Shown piece after piece: positions 26,991 to 40,597 of a stretch of DNA of 64,000 nt. The notes beneath the pieces are model-generated. The model had not been told where the DNA came from. It saw nothing but the letters and a program-made list of their open reading frames with translations, and did not search any database. The stretch is from the NCBI GenBank assembly GCA_030390025.1, contig CM059432.1:30010001-30074000 (forward strand), in the 5' to 3' direction. The stretch is from Squalus acanthias. Taxonomy: Eukaryota. Made by a program: the position numbers and the translations under genes. Numbering within the stretch: the stretch's first letter is position 1; each line of letters starts with the position of its first letter.

Positions 26991-28139
26991 AACCTTTCCT
27001 CAAGTTCTAGTGACACATTCCAGCATTCTGCTGGCTTTTGAAATTACTTTCCCACATTAACTGTACGTTGAAAGAGATGAGTCTATGATTACTCCCAGAT
27101 CCCTTTCTAAGTCTCATTATGCTCATCAATTTGTTATTTAATAGTCCTGTTGTACTACAGTATAAGTTTGACAACAGTAACTGATGCGAATAACAGCAGC
27201 AAGTTCATACTGCTTGCTCTGCATTACACCTGTCAGAGACTAGAGCTCTGCATGCAGACAACTCCACACACTGGCATCCAACAGCCTGCTACATTTGTAA
27301 TGGGAGCCAAAAGCCAATGTCTCTACGCTACCATTAAAAAGTTGATGTTAAGAAAGTTCCCAGGTGGTCTTCCCTGATCGTTGGGACAACAACAGAACTT
27401 AGTGCTTGGGGTGTCGGGAGCACAAATCTGTATTTTAACAGTCCACGACTCAACAAACATAGCATTCCTCAAGCCAATCTAATTCTAACTGTTACAGGTT
27501 CAATTATATCAGATACACAGAATAAGAAGTTGGGTAAAAGGGGTGTTACATAGTGCCACCTTTAGCATCATTTTCTGCTATGTTGCTGTGCAAATTTCGG
27601 TATTATCTGGGAGAGCAGAGAGGTGTACTTTTATGCAAACAGAAGTGCTGATGACATCGGGGGGAACTGGCTGAGACAAATTGTTGAACCCTCAGTGTAC
27701 AGTAACTGAATTAACATTAATTCAGGATGCTTCATCGATCCAGTCATTTCAACTATGTGCATGTTAATTCATCTCCTTTACACAATACTAAGTATTCCTG
27801 GCCAGTTCCCCCGACATACCATCAGTACTCACTGTTAACCAAAATATTAGAGAGAAATGAATGGAGACAGACAATAGGAAGAAAACAAGACAATTATATT
27901 AAGGTAAATCATAATCCTTTTAAATTCTTGATTTTTGAAAAGGGTTCCTGATGGTAAGACTATCTGTAATCAAATCCATATAATTAGAATTAAAAAGATA
28001 CAAAGATACTTTAAAAAAAGTTTTTAAAAGTAATAAATATTCTAACAGGAAAACATAGGCTGATTGATCCATATATCGTGAACCACATCATTAGAATATT
28101 TGTACACAGAATACCTGTCCAACAGAAAAAAGCCATAAG

Positions 28140-28382
28140 GAGAAAGGGAGAGAAATAGGGACGGGGAAAAAGAGAGAATAAGAAAAGGAGAGAAAAAGGG
28201 GGGGGGGGGGGGGGGGGGGAAGAGAGAAAAGAGAGAAAAGGGATGAAAGAGAAAAAGGAGTCAAGCAAGGGAGAGAGAGAAGTAGGGAGAAAAAAGGGGC
28301 AGAGCAAAGAGGGGTCTGGCAAGGGGAAGGAAGGAGGGGAGGAGGAGAGAGAAGTGGGGAGAAAAGAAAGAAGGAAGAGAAT
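28140..28382. repeat. Purine-rich low-complexity tract with poly-G
   Basis: Almost pure A/G; G run of about 20 nt at about 28197-28219. Confidence 0.9.
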
Positions 28383-28484
28383 CCAATAATTTTTTTTTGC
28401 TGTCCTTTTTGTATTCCTCATGAGCATTTCAGTTCCAATAACATGGTGGCTGGTTCACGGTCTACCTTATGTACCATATTTTTT

Positions 28485-29520
28485 TAATTAATTCACGGGA
28501 TGTGGGCGTTGCTGCCCATCCCTAAATGCCCTTGAGAAGGTGGTGGTGAGCCGCCTTCTTGAACCACTGCAGTCCGTGTGGTGATGGTACTCCCAGTGCT
28601 GTTAGGGAGGGAGTTCCAGGATTTTGACCCAGCAACGATGAAGAAACGACGATATATTTCCAAGTCAGAATGGTGTGTGACTTGGAGGGGAATACTCAGC
28701 TTCTGACATGCTCTTGTAGCCACAGTATTAATATGGCTGGTCCAGTTACGTTTCTGGTCAATGGTGACCCCCAGGTTCTTGTTGGTGGGGGAGTCAACGA
28801 TCGTAATGCCATTGAATGTAAAGGGGAGGTGGTTAGACACTCTCTTTGTTAGAGATAGTCATTGCCTGGCACTTGTGTGGCACGAATGTTACTTGCCACT
28901 TATCAGCCCAAGCCTGAATGTTGTCCAAGTTTTGCTGCATGCGGGCATGGACTGCTTCAGTCTCTGAGGAGCTGCGAATGGAACCGAATACTGTGCAATC
29001 ATCAGCGAACATCCCCACTTCTGACGTTATGATGGAGGGAAGCAGCTGAAGATGGTTGGGCATAGGACACTGCCCTGAGGAACTCCTGCAGCGATGTCCT
29101 GGGGCTGAGATGATTGGCATCCAACAACCACAACCATCTTCCTTTGTGCTAGATATGACTCCAGCCATTGGAGAGTTTTCCCCTTGATTACCATTCTCTT
29201 CAATTTTACTAGGGCTCCTTGATGCCACACTCGGTCAAATGCTGCCTTGATGTCAAGGGCAGTCACTCTCACCTCACCTCTGGAATTCAGCTCTTTTGGA
29301 CCAAGGCTGTAATGAGGTCCGAGCGGTCCTGGCAAAACCCAAACTGAGCATCGGTGGGCAGGTTATTGGTGAGTAAGTGCCACTTGATAGCACTGTCAAC
29401 GACCCCTTCCATCACTTTGCTGATGTTTGAGAGTAGGCTGATGGGGCTGTAATTGGCCGGATTGGATTTGTCCTGCTTTTTGTGGACAGGACATAGCTAG
29501 GTAATTTTCCACTTTGTTGG
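28485..29520 (-). mobile_element. Non-LTR retrotransposon fragment (CR1/L2 group, lineage distinct from HER1)
   Basis: GEVRVTALDIKAAFDRVWHQG, GVPQGSVL, MFADD, NLDNIQAWADKWQVTF, SWNSLP. Confidence 0.9.
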
Positions 29521-29940
29521 ATCACTGCTAAAGATCAGATCCAGCCACTTATTGTTGGCTGTTTGACAAAGTGAGTAAGAAAGTAATTTTGCATCACCTC
29601 CAGAAGACTGCAGTCCTCTTTAGTTTTTCCTTTGTCTGCTTTCTTAGTGAATATTCAGCGAACTGAAATCCCTCAGAAAAGAAAGCTTGCCTTTCTTTAT
29701 ACTGCGTCTTCCACATCTTGAGGACATCCCAAAGCACTTCACAGTCAATTGTTGTCACTATTATGATGTAGGCAAATGCAGCAGCCAATTAGTGCACAAC
29801 AAGGTTCCATAGACAGCAATCACATGAATGGCCTGTTAATCTGTTTTATTGATGTTGGCTGAGGAAGGAATGTTAGCAATATCATCAGAACTCCCTGCTC
29901 TTTCGAAAACAAAGTGCCATGGGATCTTTTATATCCACCT

Positions 29941-30315
29941 CATTGAAACATAAGATTCTGAGGGGGCTTGACAGGGTAGATGCTGAGAGGCTGTTTCCCC
30001 TGGCTGGAGTGTCTAGAACTAGGGGGCATAGTCTCAAGATAAGCGGCCAGCCATTTCGAACTGAGATGAGGAGGAATGTCTTCACTCAAAGGGTTGTGAA
30101 TCTTTGGAATTCTCTACCCCAGAGGGCTGTTGATGCTCAGTCGTTGAGTATATTCAAGGCCGAGAACGATAGATTTTTGGACGCTAAGGGAATCAAGTGA
30201 CATGGGGATCGGACAGGAAAGTGGAGTGAGGTTTAAGATCAGCCATAATCTTGTTGAATGGAGGAGCAGGCTCAAGGGGCCGTATGGCCTACTCCTGCTC
30301 CTATTTCTTATGTTC
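29941..30315 (+). mobile_element. CR1/HER1 3' fragment inserted in a minus-strand Deu-SINE (about 29685-30355)
   Basis: KILRGLDRVDAERLFPLAG..FTQRVVNLWNSLP; TSD cacct. Confidence 0.9.
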
Positions 30316-30355
30316 ACCTGAAGAGGCAGACAGGCCCTCCGTTTAACATCTCAGC

Positions 30356-30765
30356 TGTGCTCGCTGACCAGCATTGGCGCCCTGTTTCCCAACTCTTCAA
30401 ATATAAAATTCTCATCCTTGTGTTGAAATTCCTTCATGGCCTTGACCTTACTATCTCTGTAACCTCCTCCAGCCCTACATCATCCCTTCCAACTCTCAAT
30501 TCCTCTGACCTCTTGTGTAAGCCCCTCTCCCTTTTCCCCACAATTGGCGGTTGTGACTTCAGCTGTCTCAGCATCATGCTCTGGAATTTCCTTCCTAAAT
30601 CCCCCAACCTCTCTTACTTTAAGACACTCCTTAAAACCCATCTCTGACCAGCCTTTGGTCACTTCTCCTAATATCCCCTCATGGCTTGGCGTCCATTTTT
30701 TATTACATCTCTGTGATCCACTTTGGGACATTAAGGGCACTATATAAAAGGCAAGGTGTTGTTGT
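30356..30765 (+). mobile_element. L2 3' fragment
   Basis: LADQHWRPV..FKYKILILVLKFLHGL; L2 tail. Confidence 0.8.
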
Positions 30766-30797
30766 TCTTGCCCAAAATGGCTGCCGTGTTTGCCTAC

Positions 30798-31440
30798 TGT
30801 TACGAACGTGGGACTACCACAGATATCAGCTCAGGTACAGTCGTGTCAGTCACTCCCTTAAGAGGTCTGAGTGGTTATTTTATATAAAAGTTGACTCCCA
30901 CTACCCTCTATATACTTGTGCAGTAGAGGGACTCAGGAGTGTAACAATCAAATTCCCTTGTTATCTGGACCGGATTTCCGTGGTTTATAAAGGTGGTTCC
31001 TTCTATCTCTCCCAAAGCAACACTGGTCCGAACTGTAAACTACTTTATTGCAGAGTGGATAAAACACACAGCACAATGAGTAATGAGAGTCGCTTGATAA
31101 AAATTGGTACAACTTCTGTCTGCGTGCTGTTAAAAAAAATACACGAGCACGAGCTCACACTGGTGGATTATCGAATTCAGTTTAAAAGCAAAGTCTCTCT
31201 ACCTTATCCCACCGCCCAGTTTTCTGCTTTCGACACTCTTGATGTTCTGACGTGTGTTCTGATTTGTAAAAGCTTCTCTCAGCCCCCAGAGATCAAAATA
31301 GGTTTCCAACACCAAAATACAACCCATCTTCTCTGAATAACCAGACATGGCCAATTAATTTTCCATTGTTTGACCTGAGAGAAACAACTTCCTATCTCAT
31401 ATTGTAAATGATTTTTTCTAAAAAAACACAATTCGTAATA
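30798..31440 (-). mobile_element. Probable solo LTR
   Basis: Termini tgttacgaa...ttcgtaata (8/9 inverted), AATAAA on minus strand near 31044, CpGs retained, interrupts a SINE tail; no clear TSD. Confidence 0.45.
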
Positions 31441-32014
31441 ATGCACAATATAAATACAAGTCTTTCATCTTCCCTACTGCAGGCGAGTTTTCCTTTCCGC
31501 AAAATGAAGACCTGTGGAAAGGAGCGCCTGAGACTCAGCTGAGGCTTGCACCTGACAAGAAACTATGTTAAGTAAACAGATGCGACATAGCTGTACATTT
31601 ATGGAGTAATAAAGAGATCTACAACTTGAACCGGGTGCCTGTTTGTCGGATAATTTCAATCAGGAAGCACAGGCTGGCAGGCAGATAAGGTAGCTCGATT
31701 CCCAGAGAGCCTTTGACTAATGGCCTCATTAGAGTATAGAGTATAAACAGTAAAAAAACTAAAAAGGGTAATAAATGCAAACTTGAGCGAGTGAGCAAGA
31801 CAGCATTTATGCATACACAGTGCAATAAAGAAAAGACTTTGCCTTAGCTCAATGCCTTCAATATTAAATCGATTCCACAGGACCTTCAATAAATGAGGTG
31901 AGTGTAGGTATTACATAAAATATTCACAAAACACACTTTGTACTCGATAAGATATCAATGCTGGGAGTGGAATGCCTATTAAGGGCACCCAGTGTCAGTG
32001 GTCTTTAGGCTTCG

Positions 32015-32340
32015 CCCCCTCCCTATCTCTAACCTCCTCAGCCCCACAACCCTCCAAGATACGCGCACTCCTCCAATTTTGGCCTCTTGCGCATCCCTGA
32101 TTTTAATTGCTCGACCATTGGCGGCCGTGCCTTCAGCTGCCTTCCCTCCCTAAACCTCTTCGCCTCTTTACCTCTCTTTCCTCCTTTAAGACACTCCTTA
32201 AAACCTAGCTCTTTGACCAAGTCTGTCCTAATATCTCCTTATGTGGCTCGGTGTCAAATTATGTTTGATAATGTTCCTGTGAAGTGTCCTGGGACATTTT
32301 ATTACGTTAAAGGTGCTATGTAAATGCAAGCTGTTGCTGT
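32015..32340 (+). mobile_element. L2 3' fragment
   Basis: Homologous to 13788-14122. Confidence 0.8.
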
Positions 32341-32406
32341 AATAAACCAAACAACTCCATCCCAACAAAATGCCTCAACACAGCGCTCCCTAATGCATCA
32401 ATGTGA

Positions 32407-32927
32407 TTGGGGGGGGGGGGGGGGGCGGGTGGGGAAAGAGACAGTCGGAGGTCGCAGGAGGGTCAGGGGAGAGGGTTGGAGATTGTAGGGGAAATCGGGG
32501 AGAGATGGGGGGGGGGGGGTAGTCGTGGGAAGATTGTGGAGGTGTGGGGGATTTACAGGGTTAGCTTATTGGGCCTGAAGGAAACATTCCTGCTCCTCCC
32601 GGCCCACAAACAGTGCTGCAAAGACACTTACCTTATGGATACAGCCCTTCTCGCCTCCTTTTACCTGCCGGGTTTCCTGAGGCTAGGGAAGCCCGGTTAA
32701 CATGTTAAAAATAGAAACCATGTTAAGGCGGAAGCAGGCAGCCTCCATAAAAGGTTTCAACGCCGATCCGCCTTCTGAGAGTGGATTAGCCGCCCACCCC
32801 TCGTCCCGTCTCCGTTAAAACCGGAAGTGGGCATGTTCGAGGTGGATTGGGTTCCTGTTCAGGTTTTTAATATTTAACCTCCCACCTGAACCAAACCCAC
32901 CCACTTTTGGGTGTTAAAATTAAACCC
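32407..32927. mobile_element. Right portion of a GC-rich MITE related to 16116-16955
   Basis: Shared cctgctcct..ggcccacaa..acttacc block; end gttaaaattaaaccc. Confidence 0.55.
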
Positions 32928-33019
32928 AAGGCTTCTAACCACATATTTCACAGTAACATGATCAAACACGCTCATTTTACAAAACTTATTTTACATTTTG
33001 GGTAAAAGAGCAGCAACAA

Positions 33020-34065
33020 GTACAGTGTAAGTATTAAGATTCTTAAAAGAGTGGAGCAAAAAAAGAGAGATCTAGGGTGCAGATACGTGGTAGGAGTGCA
33101 GGTAGAAAAGGCCATTAAAAAAGGCAAATGGGATTCTGGGTCTTATACATAGTGGCACTGAATGTAAAAGCAATAGAGTGATGTCGAACTTGCACAAGAC
33201 ATTGGCTAGGCCACAGTATTGGGCACCCCATTATCAGAAAGATATTAAAACCATGGAATGGTACTGGAAAAATTCACGAGAATATAATCACAAAAATATA
33301 ATCAGGAATGAGAAGTTACAAAGGCTGAAAAATGGGGGCTTTTTTCACTAGTATAGAGAAAGTTAAGGGGGAAACAAAATAGACATTTTCAAAATTAGGC
33401 AAGGGTTTGTTTGTGAGGACAAACAGTGGAAATAGTTTCCACAAGTTGTTTATTCAGTGCCATGGGGAACATAGACTATAAGATAGAGTACAAATGCAAG
33501 GAAGTTATGATGAACCTTTATAAAACACTGGTTTGGCCTCAACTGGAGTATTGTGTCCAATTCTGGGCACCACACTGTAGGAAGGAAGTGAAGGCCTTCG
33601 AGAGGATGCAGAAAAGATTTACGAGAATGGTCCCAGGAATGAGGGACTTCAGTTACGTGGATAGATTGGAGAAGCTAGGGTTTTTCTCCTTGGAGCAAAG
33701 AAGGTTGAGGGGAGATTTGATAGAGGTGTTCAAAATCGATAGAGAGAAACTGTTCCCATTGGTGGAAGGGTCGAGAACCAGAGAGGACAGATTTAAGGTG
33801 ATTGGCAGAAGAACCAAAGGGGTCACGAGGAAACGCTTTTTTTTTTTACACAGCGAGTGGTTAGGATCTGGAATGCACTGCCTGAAAGGGTGGTGGAGGC
33901 AGACTCAATCATGGCTTTCAAAAGGGAACAGGATAAGTACCTGCAGGAAAAAAAATTGCAGGGGTACGGGGAAAGGGCGGTGGAGTGGGACTAGCTGAAG
34001 TGCTCTTGCAGAGAGCCAGCATGGGCTTGATGGGCTCCTTCTGTGCTGTAACCATTCTATGATTC
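33020..34065 (+). mobile_element. Two adjacent CR1 3' fragments (old, about 33020-33470; younger, about 33480-34065)
   Basis: LYKTLVWPQLEYCVQFWAPH..LEQRRLRGDLIEVFK; attctatg tail. Confidence 0.85.
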
Positions 34066-34127
34066 TAATCACTAGAGAATGAAGGAGGGACATTTCCTCC
34101 TCCGGCCCTCCCCCAAGTTATTAAAAC

Positions 34128-34588
34128 ATGCCGTATGAGGAGAGGTTTGGTCGACTAGGCCTGTATTCACTAGAGTTTAGAAGAATGAGAGGGGATCTCA
34201 TTGAAACGTATATAATTCTGACAGGGCTAGACAGACTGGATGCAGAGAGGATGTTTCCCCTGGCTGGGGGGTCTAGAACGAGGGGTTACAGTCTCACGAT
34301 ACGGGGTAGGACATTTAGGACTAAGATGAGGAGCAATTTCTTCACTCAGAGGATGGTGAACCTGTGGAATTCTCTACCACAGAAGGCTGTGGAGGCCAAG
34401 TCACTGAATATATTTAAGAAGGAGATAGATAGATTTCTAGACACAAAAGGCATCAAGGGGTATGGGGAGAGAGTGGGAATAAGGTATTGAGATAGAGGAT
34501 CAGCCATGATCATATTGAATGGCAGAGCAGGCTCGAAGGGCCGAATGGACTACTCCTGCTCCTATTTTTCTATATTTCTATGTTTCTA
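34128..34588 (+). mobile_element. CR1/HER1 3' fragment
   Basis: 120-aa ORF2 C-terminus plus 3' module and tttctatg tail. Confidence 0.9.
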
Positions 34589-37261
34589 ACATGGAAGGCT
34601 TTAGCACAAATAGCTATTGAAGCAGAGACTGCAACATCAATTAAAATGTAATTGGCTCAGTAGTCGAAAAATATACAAGGAATAGTTGGAAAGAAACAAG
34701 CAAATGGGATTAAAATGTACACATCAGGCTGAACAGCTATCACTAGCATAGATGCAATTGGTCAAATGACCTTCTGTAATTTCTGGTTCTATAAACATGT
34801 CTTATGTTTGAGTAGCTTTATTGATGTTTTTTTAAGTGAAGGTCAAAATAATGGGTTGCTGTTAATATTTTGACCAACAGCTATCATTCTGTTAACTTCA
34901 GAGAGATGCCGCAGTCTGAGCATGCACAGTGTGCACAATCTTCCACCGAGTATCAGAAGAATTCTCTCACTGGAAGCCACCGTTTGTCCTGCGACAGAAT
35001 TGCTGACTTTCTTTGGTCCAAATCATTTCAAAACACAAATTTTCGGTTGTTTTCTTTAAGTAATATTTGCACCCCTACCTCCACAACATCCCTGGCTGTC
35101 AGCCTAGAAGCTGGCCGAAAACCTGTTTTGAACATGAGAGGTACTTTATAAAACTATTTGCCAACTACAACCCAGCACAGTTGGCAAATACAGCAACAGC
35201 AGATTTTTTACTTAAAAACTGGCTTCAGGCCAGGACCCTGGCTGATGGTCAGGAACTGTCTGGGTGTGCAGGAGGCCACATTCTCCTGTTGCTCATCTCC
35301 CCCCAATATGGCCAGAACCCCATGTCAACCACTGTGCTCATACCCCCTCCCGAATGCCATCAGATCCTGTTACCTCCCCGTGCTGCCATAAATTCTCTCC
35401 ATTGTTGGCAGACCAAGTCCTCCTTGAGGTGCAGCCAGATGTGTGCCCCTCAACATAGTGCTCCAGACCCTAGTGCCATCTCTGGTGTTGTCACATCCTG
35501 GGACCCTCCAACTCTAGTATTGAGAGAGCTTGGTATTGCCCACGACTGCTCCTAGACCCAGGGACCTCCATCACCTCAATGCTTCAAATTCCCCCTCTCC
35601 CCAGAACTGCCAAACCCTCTTCCCTTCCCCACCACTCCTTTTCTTAGACCACAGGAACCATCCAGTAAATCAAACCAAACATTCCACTTCCTATTGCTAC
35701 CTATTCCAGGTTCCCTCTCTGTACTGCTAGCTTACGCAAGAACCAACTCCAAATGCTATAAAAGACTAGCAACCCCATAATTGAGGCTAACCACCTCTCT
35801 TGAACTACTGTTAAACCCCACATACCCATTTCAAATCTGCTGCATGTTACCTTGTTCTTATCTTGAGCATTACAAAAGGCAAGAGATAAAAACAAAGTAA
35901 ATAGCCTAAGGAATATAAAATAACCATCAAGGCCTCCTAAGACCAGAACATGGATGATGGACACTGCCTACTGGTAGGAAGTCATGAACAGTGAGGGCAA
36001 CGTGAAGGGCCAAAATGGGCAACAAACTGCTCAGGGGAAGGGGGACAGATGAAAACGTGCAGGGGGCCAAGCAGGTCCAGCCTCTTTTTGTGTCCATTTG
36101 ATGTTAACCGATACTTATGCCGACACTCCCTCACAAAATACTTCCAGATCTTGCCACTTCTTTAATGCCCTCCCTAGTCTTGCTGTACCTCAGGACATTC
36201 ATTCTCAATGCTTGACAACCTGGATATTACATCTCAGGATACCCCTCACTGTGCTAGCAGACTCCGGAATCTACCCCGCAGGATCCTACCAACCTAATTC
36301 TACCAAAAGCCAACACCTCAATAAGTACTGCTGAACCCCACATATTGACCTCTAATCTTCCACATGCTGCCTACCATCTTCCTTTGTATCATAGCTAATG
36401 CACAATCAAGGTCACTAATTTACTGACTGCATGGAAAAATAAATTGAAGCGTGAAATTATATCCCCAAAATGCCAAGAATACCATGTAATAAAGACAGAA
36501 TTTTACTTATTCAGTCACTATAAATCAGTATCCTTATAATACATTGTAAACTACATGGCATAACACTCCTCATTCTAATAAACAGCTTATTCCACAAATC
36601 ACCATGCGTGACATTATATATATGTATATATATTTATTCTTGCATTGGGCACATCTATCATGCCTGAAAGCATTGGCTACATTAACACCTGATTATGAAT
36701 ATAAATTTTGAGCCAAACAGCAACAAATTACAAACGAATGATCTAAACTTTTCTCAGCAACAGTGATTACCCTCCAATTACCTCAGTTTGTGCCTACTTA
36801 GAACACTCCCCCACTCAGATGACATTTCAAGGCATTAAAAAGGGACAGGCCAGGCAAAACACATTTCTAGCTTAGCAACAGACAGCCTTTCTTCAAGGTG
36901 GTTCCTTTACACCTATGAGGAAAGGGCTTCCAAGACGGAAACCACTGAGTTACTGTGTCATACACTGTGCGGTATACAGTACGATGCTCCTGTTATCGCA
37001 AAACATCACCGGAGTTACTGCGAGCAATGCTATGGGTGATCTGAAGGTTCCTTTCTAAATGTTGTACCTTGCCTGCTTATTGCTAATTGTTAGGGGTTTC
37101 ACTGTTTTCCTCTTAAATTGCTCAATTGAAAGTTTCTGATTATATTCAAATTTTTTTTAGTACTGAATTCCCACCTTGCTGTATTACTGCGGTTGCTTAA
37201 TTCAAATTATTGGATAATTCCATTTTTTAATATTCAAAAATGACTGAAGTCTCAGGATCAG

Positions 37262-38229
37262 GGAGTCGGATGCAGCATTTCCAAATTTGCAGACGACACT
37301 AAACTAGGAGGGGGGGTGGGCTCAGAGGAGGAGACCAGGAAGCTCCAGAGCGATTTGGACAGACTGGGTGATTGGGCGGATAAATGGCAGATGCACTATA
37401 ATGTGGACAAGTGCGAAGTTATCCACCTTGGGTGCAGGAACGGGAGGGCAAATTATTATTTAAATGGCAATAAATTGGGAGAGGGGGAAGTACAGAGAGA
37501 CCTGGGTGTTCTTGTACACCAGTCACTGAAGGCGAGCATGCAGGTGCAACAGGCGGTCAAGAAGGCAAACGGTATGCTGGCCTTCATAGCAAAAGGGTTG
37601 GAATACAGGAACAGGGATACCTTGCTGCAGCTGTACAGGGCACTGGTGAGACCACACCTCGAGTACTGTGTACAGTTTTGGTCGCCTCATCTGAGGAAAG
37701 ATGTTCTTGCCATGGAGGGGGTGCAGCGGCGATTCACCAGGCTGATACCAGGAATGGTGGGATTGACCTATGAGGAGAGACTATGTAGTTTACGGATGTA
37801 CACACTGGAGTTTAGAAGATTGAGAGGGGACCTCATAGAAGTGTATAAAATTCTGACAGGTCTAGACAGACTAGATGCAGAAGGAATGTTTCCCTTGGCG
37901 GGTGAGAACAGAACTAGAGGACATAATTTAAGGATAAGGGCTAAACCATTTAGGACAGAAATGAGGAGGAATTTCTTCACTCAGAGGGTGGTGAACCTGT
38001 GGAACTCATTGCCACAGAGGGCAGTGTACGCCAGCTCATTAAATATATTTAAGAGGGAATTAGATATATTTCTACAGGCAAAAGGGGTTAAGGGTTACGG
38101 AGAGAAGGCGGGGACGGGATACTGAATTGGAGGATCAGCCATGATCTCATTAAATGGCGGAGCAGGCTCGAAGGGCCGGATGGCCTACTCCTGCTCCTAT
38201 CTTCTATGTATCTATGTATCTATGTATCT
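37262..38229 (+). mobile_element. Young 5'-truncated CR1 with uninterrupted ORF2 C-terminus (37262-38125)
   Basis: Open frame GVGCSISKFADDTKLGG...LVRPHLEYCVQFWSP...NLWNSLP..stop; (tatctatg)n tail. Confidence 0.95.
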
Positions 38230-38879
38230 GTAATTGACTGGTGTTTTGCCATTTTGATTTGCTATAGTTTTATTTCTGCAAAACTTGTACAAATATACAA
38301 CAGTTTATAAAAAGAGGGATACCTTGAAGAATAGAAATAAACCATGTTTCAAAGGTGAAATTAAAGCAAATGAATTCAACTTAACAGGAAATACTCATTA
38401 GAAGCACCACGACTGATGCCCAAGTAACCAACCAGTTAAAAAATTTCAAGGATCACCACATAGCTGAAGCAGCAATTACAGTAAGGGGTTGTGAGTTTGT
38501 AATACACACGTTTTTACAGGGATCAACTTCACTCAAATGACTTTTACAGATGGAATAATATGATTCTCATTTCTGTCTGACCTCATCACTGGGGTTATTT
38601 TTTAAAGGGCATCAAAAGAGAGAGAGGGAGAGAAGTTTGATTACTTTATGCTGTTTATTACAGGTTAATGCAAACGAGGAAGGATCAAGGATTTGAAAAG
38701 ATTCCCCATCAAGGAGGATTTGATGCATATTGTTCTGTTAAAAAACATTAATATCATGCCTCATAGAAAATTAATGTTTTAGTTGGCCAGAAACTATTAA
38801 CTGAACCATAATCACAGAAAATGAATCAAAATGCACGTTTGGTACAGCTAAGGAGTGCTAGGGTTTGGGGAAAACTTCA

Positions 38880-39135
38880 AGGGTCAAGTTGGGTTATGAA
38901 GATCAGATGCAGAAGTCCTCTCAATATCTGAATGAGCTGATCTGATGAGTAAGTGACCCGGTTCAGTTAAGCTCAAACACTGCAGCGGTAGGGGTGTTAC
39001 AATTGGGCATAGCGGCCCTGGGACAGGACAGAAAAAAAGTGTCAACCGGAGGTCCTGCTCCTGATTGCGACTCAGCACCTGCTGCTGGAAGTACATGTGT
39101 GTGGACCGCAGGTGAGGTCAGGGTTGTGTGATGCC
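38880..39135 (+). mobile_element. LF-SINE-like fragment just beyond the ZC3H3 exon donor
   Basis: ttacaattgggcatagcggccctggg...cctgctcctgattgc..cctgctgctggaag..gtgtggac..ggtgagg. Confidence 0.55.
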
Positions 39136-39244
39136 TTTTCTTTGCACTATTAACATCTTCAACCCATAAGGCACTGAAGTGAATACAGTAACCAGCACTT
39201 GACTAAGCCATGCACGCTCAATTAGTTTTGAAACACAAGATTAC

Positions 39245-39410
39245 CTTGAGCTGGAGCTGAAGTTGTTGACCTTCCTGGTCTTCCAGGAGACACTGTATGA
39301 GGCTGCTGGCAAAGAACTATTCCAGCCTGCATTTTTCTTCACTATTTTATACCTCGTATTGATTAATTGGTTGTTTGAAGGGCTCTTCGCAGAGAACGAG
39401 GAACTTAAAC
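39245..39410 (-). CDS. zc3h3: Internal coding exon of ZC3H3 (CCCH zinc finger protein 3), 166 bp, phase 1 to phase 2
   Basis: Acceptor tttttgatgtttgtgcag| and donor |gtaatc. Encodes (G)LSSSFSAKSPSNNQLINTRYKIVKKNAGWNSSLPAASYSVSWKTRKVNNFSSSS(R). This resembles my recollection of human ZC3H3 '...VIKTRYRIVKK...SWRARRLSLSR'. It splices in frame to the exon at 1-18. Confidence 0.85.
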
Positions 39411-40597
39411 CTGCACAAACATCAAAAAGCATTTTATGAATAAATAACTTCAATAACACACACACATTAATGGAGTAATTGCACTGTCTCCAATTCTCCC
39501 ATTCCCCTCAGTGGCCTTACAGATTCAGCTCAGATGAAGGTTCCCAATTCTCTCCGAAAATTCATTATTGACTGATGTACTCCCATCATGTTGTTTTGCT
39601 TTCAACACTTCCAGTTTTTTTTACATAATTTTGGAGATTGGAACCTTACTGCATGGGGAAATTGTAAATGCAAATCTGTGCCTTACATTCTAGACCAGTG
39701 TTTCAATGGAGCAACAGGCCGACCAACCAGATGACATATTTAAGTGTCAAAAATGGGAAAAAAATTCATATTTAGCAATCATAGTCTGAGATGTAATGAA
39801 TTCCTCACTCAAACATTTCACCGAAAAAGCAAAAGGATTTTTACAAACAGGAAGAGGTCATGAGGCCTGACAGATCCACCCATTTTTGATTGCTCTCAGC
39901 TTTCCCCCTCACCACTTGCCTTTTTTAGTCTTATGTCAGTGCAAGATCACAAATCAGATGCAGACTCCCTCAGAATCAATGGTAGATGTCTTGTCTGGTG
40001 GAGGATGGAGCCCTGTACAAGTTTGGTTTTTCTGGCTGTTTTATATACTAGAGGGGATCCATATTTTACTGAATTGTTGCAGAATTCAATTATTATAAAG
40101 AATTTTTAGGAACAGGAAACAAGCCTGTCCTTTTCTCACAAAACTCCTATTTTTCCCACCTTCTTGCCATATCCCTCAATTCCTTTCCTCTCCAGAATCT
40201 AATTATACTGTCTGTTTCAATGTCCTTCCTTGATTACTTATTTTTACCATTTTTAACTAAAACTTCCTTTTTTTTTTTAAACCTCCTTACCGTGGTACTT
40301 GAACAGTTTGCTGAACAATTTGCCTTGATCAACTTTGTTCTGTTTATAATCTTGAAAACTTTAAAATAGATCATCTTGAAAAAAGGCAATCCTCAACTTC
40401 TTTGACCTCTCCTCACAACTGAACTCCTGAGGTTCCTCTAATAGTGAATTTATGAAGAAGCTAAGCAAGAGAGACCAGGAAGGGTTCAGTCCCCAGTTTA
40501 TGCCTATTCAAGTGATCTTGGCTGGGACAGCAGTACGGAACCTACAATTGACCTCAGCACCCGGGCTAGGGAGGGGCAGGCCAGCCAGGGTTCCCAC

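Larger units (their letters stand above)
19..39244 (-). other. zc3h3: 39.2-kb GT-AG intron of ZC3H3
   Basis: Lies between the two in-frame exons. No other convincing coding exon was found inside it. Confidence 0.75.

Noticed and set aside
28011..28427. 138-aa and 135-aa (20656-21063) hydrophobic ORFs
   Set aside because: Translations of purine-rich low-complexity tracts.
30686..31336. 216-aa plus-strand ORF as a gene
   Set aside because: It starts in an L2 tail, crosses a SINE piece and a probable LTR, and has no recognisable domain.
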